This document shows, piece by piece, positions 43,001 through 49,531 of a DNA stretch of 64,000 nt (within the stretch, counting starts at the first letter, position 1; each line of letters starts with the position of its first letter). The notes beneath the pieces were generated by a model. That model did no database searches and was not told the DNA's origin. It saw only the letters and a program-made list of their open reading frames with translations. Source of the DNA: a virus; the IMG/VR virus record IMGVR_UViG_3300045988_160093. One strand, given 5' to 3'. Position numbers and translations under genes: made by a program.

Positions 43001-46000
43001 AGAAAAGGCGTTCGGACATTTGGAGGAAGGCGGACGTATGGTAGCCATCATCCCGAGGGGTGCGATGGACAAGAAGTTCGACAAATGGTATGACAATGAG
43101 AAGACCGCGGCAATGCGAGCCGAGGTGGACCTTCCTGATATAGTATTCCAGCAGGCAGGAACATCGGTAAGATGCAGAGTGGTAGTCGTTGACAAGATAA
43201 CCGACTCTAAACTCCGTGAGCAGGCGCATATGGAGAAGGCGGATTTGAGTGGTCATTACGACAAGATAGAAGATTTCTTCAACGACCTGCGAAATATAGA
43301 AGTCCCCGACAGGATCATCGATACCAACTTCAAGATGCAGAAGATGAGCAAGAGTGCAGTCAAGAGCTTGAAGGAAATCAGGGATGTATGGTCAGCAGAT
43401 GTTGACAAGGACGGTGTGCACGTCAGGACAAGCAGCTGGATGGGTTACGACATCAGCTTTACGGGTAGCGAAGACCCGAAGCGATGGAAGGACAAGATGG
43501 CGGCGACTTATGACAAGTACGCCCAGATGGAGAAGTCGGAATTGAGAGAAGGCAACAAAGCCGTGTTCGGTGAGTTGAAAGAGCTTGCATGCAAACTTGC
43601 AGGAATGACCGAAGACGAGATGAGAAGGTATCTCGTAAGCAAGGGGGCAGGTAGTGTAAAGTTCCGCAAGAACGACAATCTAACCCCCGAAGAGCGCCGG
43701 TCAGAGGAGCGCATGGAGGAACATCATGTCGAAGTTGCCAAGGCGGCGGAGAATCTGAATACGAAAGTTAACGTGTGTGTGGACATCAATGATGTGACGA
43801 ATGCGGAGGCGAGATCAGCTATAGAAAGAGGTGAGAAAGTGAAAGCTTGGTACGATACCCGAACGGGAGAGGTGCACGTTTATCTTCCAAATGTCACAGA
43901 CAAGTATGACGCACAGATGAGCGTAGCCCACGAGGTGGTAGCCCACAAGGGAATGAGAGGACTCCTTGGTGAGGAAGGCTATCGGAGTATGATGCGCAGA
44001 ATGTACACACACCTTTCCAATGAGGAAGCGAAGGAGGTGAACGAGCGCATGATGAAGAACGGATGGGACTTCTATACAGCAATGGACGAGTGGGTGGCAG
44101 ACAAGGCAGAGGAAAGCGTGTTCACACCAAAGTATGTAGTGATGAAAGACGGTCTGCACCGATACCCATTGGATAAGGTATTCCATATCGTGACGGAGGC
44201 TATGCACGATGTAGGGTATAGGATTAATCCGAACGTGGACGATGTGAAGTACTGGTTGTGGGCGAGCAAGAAGGGATTGAAGAACGGCGATGCCTACACG
44301 GAAATGAAGCGCAACTCGTTCTTGTGGCGACTGAACCACAATACATCGAATGACGGAATTGAGAACGGAGAGTTCGTGGAAACAGGCGGAGTCAGATTCA
44401 GTAATGGAAATAGTAAGTTGAATGGCGAAGATTCAGAAAAATTATTCGCATCTTTGCAAAACAAAAAAGGAAAGGAATATTATGACACAGTTACAGAAAT
44501 CGCAAGAAGAGTTGTCGAACGAAGAAACGGCAAGGCAACAGTTCTTGAAGAATCCAATGGAAAATCGGAGAGTGATACTAATGAGAGCTTCTACGGAGGA
44601 TTTAAAAGTGTTGCTCACTGCGCTGCTTCAATCATCACACATGACGTTGAAAGAAGCGTTTATGCAGATGTCGCGAACAGGGAAAATAAAAGCCGCGGGT
44701 CTGAATCCGCTGGAGAAGGCTTATATGCAAACATTGACAAGAATGTACGGTCACAAGGACTTGGAGCAGAGAACAAGGAGGGGTTGGCTAACCGAGTCAA
44801 CAGAGAAATTTTCAGCAGACTTAAAGACTGGGCTGAGCAAAACCACGCTTGGCTTGATAGACGAAATTTTGGAAAAAAATATCCAACTTCCAATAAAATA
44901 GGCGAAGGCGAGGAAGCAGAAGTATATTTATCAAAAGACGGTAAGAGCGTACTTAAAATCATTCATAATGATACTTATCTAAATCCTGTAGGAAGCAAAC
45001 TTGATGAACTTGCATATGAGAATATAGCATTGGGTGATAACGAGCGTAAGGTTATCGGTTTCATGAAAGACCCGTATGCTTTCAATGATAATATGCTTAT
45101 TCTTGTTGAACAGCCTTATGTTGAAGGCAAAACCGTTGATGAAATTTACGGAGGAGACACTCCCGAAGCCTTGGCTTTTATAGACAAGGTTATGAAAGAT
45201 AAAGGTTTTGAAGTCAAGGAAACCCCATTTAGCGAAGACTTGGATGATTGGCTTGTGAAGACCTACTACAATAGAGATTTTACAATACGTGACGTAAACA
45301 CGGGAAATGTAATTGTAGATAAAGACGGGAAACCACATGTCATTGATGTTTATGCTTTTATTAATCACGGTGAATTTGAGAAGTATGGTGATAATAGTAT
45401 TCCTGCTAATACTGCTAATTTTGAAATCGATTTCACCAAACCGACAAATAAAAGTGCTGAAAGAAAAGTTAACTCACAAGCAAAGGGTAGTGGCAACATC
45501 CGTTTCCGTAAAGACGACAAGGCGAAGCATGAGTCAACCTTGTTCCGCAAACCCAGTCTTGACAGGAGCAAGAACGATACACCTCTGATGTCAGCGACAA
45601 AGGACTCCATCGACAAGGCACTCAACAATTGGAACGCACGAAGAATAGAATGTTGGACCGACGACAAGCACGGACTGAGAGTATTCCAACAGAAGCTTGC
45701 CGAAGGATTGACGAAAGGCATGAACGACAGTATGGACTCCTATCATGGAGCCATTAACCAAAGTTCCATTGTCAGAGAGAAACAATACCAGTTTGAGACG
45801 AGAGAGCTGAAAACGATGAACGATGCCGTGAAGGAATGTACCCGAAAGCTTGGCGGCGGTATGGAAGGATATGAAGAGCTGAATAAGTATGCCTACGTGA
45901 AGAGCGGTCTTGAAAGAAACAGAGTGTTGTTCGTGAGAGACGCAGCAGAGCAGGTAGACAAAAAAATCATGAAGCTCAACAAAGAAGCCCTCGACAAGGA

Positions 46001-48857
46001 CCCACAGGCGACGACCCTCGCCAAGATGGGAGTTGAAGAGTTCAGAGACGCATTCCATTCAGAAAAAAAGTTCCAGGAAACATTGCTCAATTCCGGCAAG
46101 ATAAGCCTTGCAGAATACTACAAAGCCCTTGACGACTTCATAAAAGGTTTCAGTTTTCCACATACAGGTGACGCAGGAAAGAACGCCTTGATAGACAAGC
46201 TCAATGATTGGTATGCCGACAAGATAGGCGGCAAGTATGACGAGAATGAGAATGACTATTCCGGAATAAGGAAATTCGACGACTTTGACAGTGACGCAGA
46301 AAGGATAGACTACGTGATGAATACGGAAGCCACTTTGGGCGAAGGGTCAAAGAACAAGTTGTGGCAAGGAATAGGCGGAGTGACACGTTTCGCCATAGAC
46401 AACGACTATAATTATGGAGTGATAAGCAAGGATGTTCATAGCAGAGTCTCAAGTATGTTCAGTTGGTATATTCCTATGCGAGGATTCAAGGAAGACACGA
46501 TGGAGGATATGTACGCTTATATGCACAATGAGATTTCCGATGGAGGCAATGTCAGTTCGGTAGTAAAGAGAGCCGACGGACGAACGACACTTGCCGACAG
46601 TCCGTTGGGAACGGCAGCAGCCCTTGCGGAGCGCAGTATCTCAAACGGCGAGGACAACCGCAACAAGCAGAGACTTTACAGACTCGTGAACCAGTGGCTG
46701 AAAGACCACACTACGACCAACGAGGACGGAAAGATAGAACTTACCGAAGAAGCCCCGGCAGTGATCAGTGAGGTGTGGTATAAGAAAGTCACCGACCATA
46801 CGACAGGTGAAACATATTGGGAAGCCGTAATGCCGGATATAGACGGAGAGAAGGACCCCAAGCAGATACGCGCGAAAGTGGAACGCTTTGAAGAGAATAT
46901 GCGCAATGCAGAGAAAAACGGCAACGCTACACGAACACTGCAGAAGGGAACGTTTGCCAAGCCATTCAAGGTGGCGAAACACAAGAACGAGCACGTTGTC
47001 TTTGTCAATGTAAACGGAAAGCAGAAGATGATAATCATGCAAGGCAATCCACGTCCTGCACAGGCAATCAACGGAGATACGGCAAGCGATGTGACAGCAG
47101 GCAGGCTGATGAGAGGAATGAGTGCGATGTTCACATCATACAACATAACGTTCAGTGTCACGAATACAAGCAGAGACACCTTCTTCGCCAACAACAACGT
47201 TGCAATCAGAGAAAATGCTGCATATTACGCTCGCTTCGTGAAGAACCAAGCCCTTATGGGAGGTTCTATGCTTCAAGGAACCGTTATGATGAACATGCCG
47301 AAGGTGAAAGGAATGTACTATCAGTTGTGGTCAGACTACAAAAAAGGCAAGAAGCTTACAGGCAAGTACGGTAAATATTTCGAGGAGTATATGAACAACG
47401 GCGGCAAGACAGGCTTCGTACAGACCAAGACGATAGAAGACTTGGAGAAACATATCAGAAATGAAGCTACGCAAAAGATGCTGTCAGCCTCGACGTTGGG
47501 CAAGGTAATGAGTAAGGTGCCCGAAGTGATAGAAGCCTTGAATGAAAGGTCAGAGAATATGAACCGCTTTGCTTGCTACGTGACAAGCAGGGAGATGGGA
47601 AGAAGCGTCATGCGCAGCGTTTCAGATGCGAAGGAGGTCAGCACGAACTTCAACCGCAAGGGTTCAGGAAGCAAAGCCTTCAAAGGAACGAACGCAAAGG
47701 CATGGGAGAAATGGCAGGGATGGTTATATGATAGAGCCAAGAGCTACTATCTCTTCTTCAATGCCGGAATGCAGGGCTTGTCTGTGCTGACCAACAACTT
47801 TGTGAGGCACAAGGTGAAGACCGCGGCCTTTGCAGTAGGAATCCCGATATTGTTCGCGAGCAGTATAATACCGGCCCTCAACAGTTGGATAGCATCCTGC
47901 TTTGACGAGGACGACCAGTATGACAACCTTAGCGAGTGGGAGAGGAGAAACAATATCTGCATATACGCAGGACATTCCAACTGGGTAAAGGTGCCGTTGC
48001 CGATTGAGCTGAGAGCCTTCTACGGCTTTGGAGACATAGCGTTAGGTGTGACAAATCCAGCCTTCCGTTCAGAAAAAGGATTGTGGCTTGACATGCTGTC
48101 ACAGGTGACGCAGATACTACCAGTTGACTTTATGGGAGAAGGCGGAGATTTTTGGGGAGCTTTAATGCCAGATGTTGCCAAACCACTTTACCACGTTTGG
48201 GTTAACAGAGACTGGACCGGCAAGCCTATATACAAAGACTACGATTATCTGAAATACGAGCCCGAATACCAAAAGGTGTTCCAGGGAGAAAACGAGTGGT
48301 TTGTATCGTTCAGCAAATTTATAAACGAGATGAGCGGCGGTAACGAGCACGTGAAAGGTTCTCTTGACGGAAAATGGAACAACCCTGCAATATGGGGTGA
48401 AATCATCACCGGATATGGAGGCGGTGCATTGTCGGATGCCATACGTACAGGAAAGCTGGCAACGAGAGTAGCCACATGGAATTGGGAAGATTTCTCCACA
48501 AGAGAAGTACCGATGGTAAGAGCCTTGTACAGTTCGGCAACCGAGAAAACAAAATACTACAGGTCGCTCAGCAAGTATGCCCATTATAAGGAAGATGCCG
48601 ACAAATACCTGCATGACTTCAAGGCAAATCTGAAAAGCGACAATCCGTTGTATGTGATGAAGGCAATCAGCGATATGAAGCGAGAGTCGCCGGAGTTCGT
48701 GAGGATGGCGAAAATCCACGGGTTTGAGAAGAGTATCAAGGACCTAAAGAAAATCGCCAACAACGAGAAGATTCCGAAGAAAGCCCGCGATGAGGCAAAA
48801 GAGCTCATCAACCAAGAGAAAGTAAAACTCGTGAAAGAATTTGAAAGTGACGAATAG
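34005..48857 (+). CDS. giant (4950 aa) polyvalent protein: helicase + methyltransferase + zincin + kinase-like modules
   Basis: Uninterrupted 14.85-kb ORF with multiple recognisable catalytic motifs (listed as sub-features). Sits in the structural half and is translationally coupled to two upstream genes. Confidence 0.9.
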   Translation: MADKITQVYNAYKADGATRAQSEQQFRNWMYGDNYRRGVWNDLRKQGAQVGTFEHFTEALGYKMNPKVKSKVAKQAIQYGAPKVPDNWGQMDMGRTFANDEMEQQLETQRNNQASSNAKKTGSNEPIAQRVKEKLNRTHLKEASKSGTIMNPLTGEPINNVPTYREKKEGKYWNPITETDMGDAVLDWSTTDANGDKVAQTQTKQNFEADAAAKAIANELTKTADYKGKWAKFDSEFEKHHGLVYHPAEYEENKKYREEGFDDNSKMLYEKYAPKLEDVSALLGSKNAKEAIVAAASKLGITPDDFLNRYVVPATEKANEEEYHKRGIEHFMPKNAWENMKANFAVSSLGNAANKSLVPEEYQNMRNEAVETYSDANSKTLDEKGVFSKEGIQALGRNISGGTARVMPDAVGFVIAGAEAKGVVKGLEIGWKALRGTGLVTKVLGKAVPKTLTSLTKKYGAQTAGRILNAVNNESIGSFIQANARQFAQGSLTMGIFEANNYLATEGREKIKEGKWGEFAEGLYTSGMSGLGTGMLFSGIGTVTGALGRNLGVTGRETTRLEKLKHGTEKALFSASALFVEGLGFRAEDLYDEAKKGELTFGSVLENGGKGVIDKITMDLGMAAGKGKRPSLKQMVVGAVANTNPHVKFSAVEKNELMKSTGGKSLFEALDGIAEGKNVSPVYRTKMSEFFNDPNISRRTKQKVAYVVGKTIDTNMPRTERVSISQGTSGTQEVRTYSKDGELLTVDVYKNAEAAEVAKQEIYAKRDKNDFIALWVDSLKPTQSENNTALENTAKELGYDDVGVFLADWDEAQKSSDADFLSKVSKTINENIGKIVADRHKQMLDAKRAINEEYDVDIDKVLDKNPVMWKDKEREAVKELGSRLKKGFSDKNDEAHNNAIARQDGADLSEQTELEDSEKVIESSQAVNERLDSAVEAWRKMQEENPDLAEWMKNNPDSTVEELRENFGDYVADAYMELSNAKAMRDGFIQNTGEKIEDAVKNQVEQAKFTGTMQNKEGSKVVTDNSVTVFADKDGNEYTLVGGDVIVDSAGDGSYSAGKSGLVIFRDKDGNLIQRTNFDGLNEVGTFSLEDYANRIRTTLQEQKTAEIQSTETPLPESQNKETPKEELPSEAPKSEEPKEEDFIRNSNSEEKLSSEKDEWGNPLIKASDGSVDFGEISEGYGLQAAPIRLSLGENKKNPETGKDEGYGLLHIEARHGDQIRKAGFNSIEEFVESIARDYTEIREGVQIGTTQTYLIVKKDGHANTLYIELSRDGKYWNVNSAGIFKEKYVNRKNEIKPEPTVGSSTSTDTTGVNHGLNEGATVTSGNSPMISDSKDTTKSSDLQEGNETLTFKNTEAAKEESNYEKNDIPMDNEGEPVYEQVPKERTAQDLFDKLGDGNVAHNYAQIRIEGAEKELKEAKKKEPKIGTKINEYLKKKQEYEDRVKAAEDKVAYWESVKEEIEKLTHTTPEELKEAQEELDGTAAREEYKKTVGETQPADGVSLAAEFVVDARITPESFRKETGLSAADQRTFVGMIAGAEKGGKSIERLGEELVEYDNAYYGGAYFHGDSNDARSAIISALMSAKSRKGLREMAQPDMEREVRERARMRDEAYHERYGMDYEEYLSYSEQEMPHILGKLNNFDEQKYLQDKAEEITNQINKEHGKTDRENDSSREESVHGAGDKVLPEERIDDRGRGESPKEHGGREKAERRGNTEDAPLHETPSGGEVEKGERKEEKPSDPSDAAEGMRGAAEQFHEERVEKARKAYEEAKASGDVSETKRTKDEYRKALDDKLKAQGIGLIERRKTIAKEMGEEPKVEKPKGEGPKVGEKQWEDMTPTERAEKADADPLTEDEIRSDEDNKELAAAAIAYLNGDKSLLNQIAYLKIYGNVRSRHEDVPGNSGTEDTSQLAATDNGGGEGMELESGRGSGGTAEPMDRGAGGETAPGKQESGETGKGNADTPAGEGSHIEGEGGAPGLGGLPAGSGGRTGSGNAGSTGSVGRGRGRGSGSRPSKSNGKRKPAAKQGTTFPNSKGRDVKQETKDAKAAMLAAFAEFNKRNKKDKNILSSSFLLGLEKHLPTAEALEYLPDVMKATGRYGVALIGEGIYKTKEWIKNVREAIFDVMKEGGFSDADIDEYIREMWHMPWEMDGETHKIGEWASIKGYAGLRESLKEPLRKKFDKQVLAEPTEVKVGDRKNIEETLPFLLPQQQDDVLKAETQFFDESHKDKAHANGKGYMFTNGTGTGKTYTGLGIIKRMVKQGKGRILIITPSQQKVKDWINDGKNLCLDIRDLDDWANERGSTATNEKGDGVVITTFANFGTNKRLLEDQFDAIVYDESHRIMENKNATETARSRQHYMLSNRNESYALMRLEEINPDCMKMRGLAEDFEDARKKEVERIQAEYRKEHPSENEKEMRFHTSKSLPKDIHSFSISDKAKFPELGKIYEDYIKARDYYINNVKPKLEKQAKESVDKTKVVFLSATPFNTRENIEYAEGYLFSYPERNEMGQSGKTQFFLEHFGAGYKYRYHRLESSTSNAEALAKQEIAFSDWLQNDLGTMSGRVIDSPFDYSRDFPTVSVEHADEFNTACEEISRDKIFGDAYRKVLGDYNYGSALFETMKVSALLPRLREHLAAGRKIVIFHRRVTSKEPLKAPFGMILGEQAEQTIKALPKEKQPEARTRLNELRDRYSGLLEWEKTLDFSMPREQLAKAFGEDNVLYFSGSENKKVKSEAVKQFNDDNSGKNIIVIQEASGKEGISLHDTTGKHQRVCITLALPQSPITALQIEGRTYRIGNESNAIFEYPVLGLTSEYNLFASKFNRQVSTTENLALGSQARNLRDSFARGIEEHSGVVPIDQQGVGGKEFDKGDANENDPFDNAVLDYYTNQRLNKNNREGVDYFPTPEPLGYKMVEWANIGEGDSVLEPSAGHGAIARYVPQSNELVAIEPSMSLFAKLQMKAGGLGRKFQNETFEAYHISNKHDTIVMNPPFGHAGATAIAHIEKAFGHLEEGGRMVAIIPRGAMDKKFDKWYDNEKTAAMRAEVDLPDIVFQQAGTSVRCRVVVVDKITDSKLREQAHMEKADLSGHYDKIEDFFNDLRNIEVPDRIIDTNFKMQKMSKSAVKSLKEIRDVWSADVDKDGVHVRTSSWMGYDISFTGSEDPKRWKDKMAATYDKYAQMEKSELREGNKAVFGELKELACKLAGMTEDEMRRYLVSKGAGSVKFRKNDNLTPEERRSEERMEEHHVEVAKAAENLNTKVNVCVDINDVTNAEARSAIERGEKVKAWYDTRTGEVHVYLPNVTDKYDAQMSVAHEVVAHKGMRGLLGEEGYRSMMRRMYTHLSNEEAKEVNERMMKNGWDFYTAMDEWVADKAEESVFTPKYVVMKDGLHRYPLDKVFHIVTEAMHDVGYRINPNVDDVKYWLWASKKGLKNGDAYTEMKRNSFLWRLNHNTSNDGIENGEFVETGGVRFSNGNSKLNGEDSEKLFASLQNKKGKEYYDTVTEIARRVVERRNGKATVLEESNGKSESDTNESFYGGFKSVAHCAASIITHDVERSVYADVANRENKSRGSESAGEGLYANIDKNVRSQGLGAENKEGLANRVNREIFSRLKDWAEQNHAWLDRRNFGKKYPTSNKIGEGEEAEVYLSKDGKSVLKIIHNDTYLNPVGSKLDELAYENIALGDNERKVIGFMKDPYAFNDNMLILVEQPYVEGKTVDEIYGGDTPEALAFIDKVMKDKGFEVKETPFSEDLDDWLVKTYYNRDFTIRDVNTGNVIVDKDGKPHVIDVYAFINHGEFEKYGDNSIPANTANFEIDFTKPTNKSAERKVNSQAKGSGNIRFRKDDKAKHESTLFRKPSLDRSKNDTPLMSATKDSIDKALNNWNARRIECWTDDKHGLRVFQQKLAEGLTKGMNDSMDSYHGAINQSSIVREKQYQFETRELKTMNDAVKECTRKLGGGMEGYEELNKYAYVKSGLERNRVLFVRDAAEQVDKKIMKLNKEALDKDPQATTLAKMGVEEFRDAFHSEKKFQETLLNSGKISLAEYYKALDDFIKGFSFPHTGDAGKNALIDKLNDWYADKIGGKYDENENDYSGIRKFDDFDSDAERIDYVMNTEATLGEGSKNKLWQGIGGVTRFAIDNDYNYGVISKDVHSRVSSMFSWYIPMRGFKEDTMEDMYAYMHNEISDGGNVSSVVKRADGRTTLADSPLGTAAALAERSISNGEDNRNKQRLYRLVNQWLKDHTTTNEDGKIELTEEAPAVISEVWYKKVTDHTTGETYWEAVMPDIDGEKDPKQIRAKVERFEENMRNAEKNGNATRTLQKGTFAKPFKVAKHKNEHVVFVNVNGKQKMIIMQGNPRPAQAINGDTASDVTAGRLMRGMSAMFTSYNITFSVTNTSRDTFFANNNVAIRENAAYYARFVKNQALMGGSMLQGTVMMNMPKVKGMYYQLWSDYKKGKKLTGKYGKYFEEYMNNGGKTGFVQTKTIEDLEKHIRNEATQKMLSASTLGKVMSKVPEVIEALNERSENMNRFACYVTSREMGRSVMRSVSDAKEVSTNFNRKGSGSKAFKGTNAKAWEKWQGWLYDRAKSYYLFFNAGMQGLSVLTNNFVRHKVKTAAFAVGIPILFASSIIPALNSWIASCFDEDDQYDNLSEWERRNNICIYAGHSNWVKVPLPIELRAFYGFGDIALGVTNPAFRSEKGLWLDMLSQVTQILPVDFMGEGGDFWGALMPDVAKPLYHVWVNRDWTGKPIYKDYDYLKYEPEYQKVFQGENEWFVSFSKFINEMSGGNEHVKGSLDGKWNNPAIWGEIITGYGGGALSDAIRTGKLATRVATWNWEDFSTREVPMVRALYSSATEKTKYYRSLSKYAHYKEDADKYLHDFKANLKSDNPLYVMKAISDMKRESPEFVRMAKIHGFEKSIKDLKKIANNEKIPKKARDEAKELINQEKVKLVKEFESDE
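37470..37870 (+). other. domain with the YGLLHIEARHGDQI motif (candidate nuclease/toxin-type module)
   Basis: A compact globular-looking segment between low-complexity linkers, with conserved-looking His/Arg/His (H at about aa 1211). Confidence 0.3.
40600..42480 (+). other. SNF2/DEAD-like superfamily-2 helicase module
   Basis: Walker A GTGTGKTY (40728), DESH box (41013), SATPF, and C-terminal QEASGKEGISLHD and QIEGRTYRIGN blocks. Confidence 0.8.
42690..43200 (+). other. N6-adenine DNA methyltransferase module
   Basis: Motif I VLEPSAGHGAIA and motif IV NPPF (42957). Confidence 0.75.
43700..44300 (+). other. zincin-like metallopeptidase module
   Basis: HEVVAH (HExxH) at 43929 within MSVAHEVVAHKGMRGLLGEEGY. 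Confidence 0.6.
44890..45400 (+). other. protein-kinase-like fold module
   Basis: G-loop GEGEEAEV, Lys in SVLKI, hinge LVEQPYVEG, catalytic-loop-like IRDVNTGNVIV, and an IDV in place of DFG. Confidence 0.6.
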
Positions 48858-48867
48858 AAACGAAAGA

Positions 48868-48900
48868 AAAAAGGAAGAGTCTTGATTGGCTCTTCCTTTT
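48868..48900. terminator. bidirectional terminator between convergent operons
   Basis: AAAAGGAAGAG-tcttgattgg-CTCTTCCTTTT. Confidence 0.7.
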
Positions 48901-48904
48901 ATAG

Positions 48905-49531
48905 TTAAGGGAACGGGTGCATCCCCTTGCGCAGCCTGCCCGGTTTGTAGCTCAAGAGAGCGTTGTGGATTTCCTCTAAAGACAATTCCATCTGCTGCTC
49001 CTTTGATGCAGTGACAGGGTCCTTTGCGGTAAGGTACAACAAAAGGTATTCATACAAGCATCCGTTTACGATGTAGTCGTGGATAGCATCCGTCAAAGGA
49101 GTCAAGGCGTTTTCGTTCCACCAATCGCCCACCGACATTGCGATGTCAATCTCTTCGTTGTCCCTTATCCTGTCAGACGCAGCAGGAATATCCTCCTGCT
49201 TCAATACCGAAGCGAGTTTCCTTTTGGCAAGAGAAAGATATTTGTTGAACCATCTTTGCAAGAGAGGACCAACGGCATCCGTGTTCTCGATATTGTTGTC
49301 CTGCAAGCCCTTCTCGTTGCGCCTACTACGGGTGATGATACTCAGTTCGGCTTCAACATCATAGATAAGCTGGGGGCGCATAATATAAATATGGTATTCC
49401 CTTTTCTGTTTGCCACATACATTAGCCCTGCCGGTCATGCGATTGCAGTCACATTCCAGTTCAGAGGAAATGGCATATCTCTCAACGGCATCACATTGAG
49501 GATTGTTCGGGTCGTGATAAATGTTACTCAT
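48905..49531 (-). CDS. hypothetical structural-module protein
   Basis: 208-aa ORF with a 4-nt overlap with the rhomboid gene. Confidence 0.55.
   Translation of the reverse strand: MSNIYHDPNNPQCDAVERYAISSELECDCNRMTGRANVCGKQKREYHIYIMRPQLIYDVEAELSIITRSRRNEKGLQDNNIENTDAVGPLLQRWFNKYLSLAKRKLASVLKQEDIPAASDRIRDNEEIDIAMSVGDWWNENALTPLTDAIHDYIVNGCLYEYLLLYLTAKDPVTASKEQQMELSLEEIHNALLSYKPGRLRKGMHPFP

Noticed and set aside
33924-48811. Dozens of long minus-strand ORFs (up to 272 aa) antisense to the giant gene
   Set aside because: They lie entirely inside an uninterrupted 14.85-kb sense ORF that carries multiple catalytic motifs. Their translations are Ser/Leu/Cys/Pro-rich and low-complexity, which is typical antisense shadow of purine-rich coding sequence.
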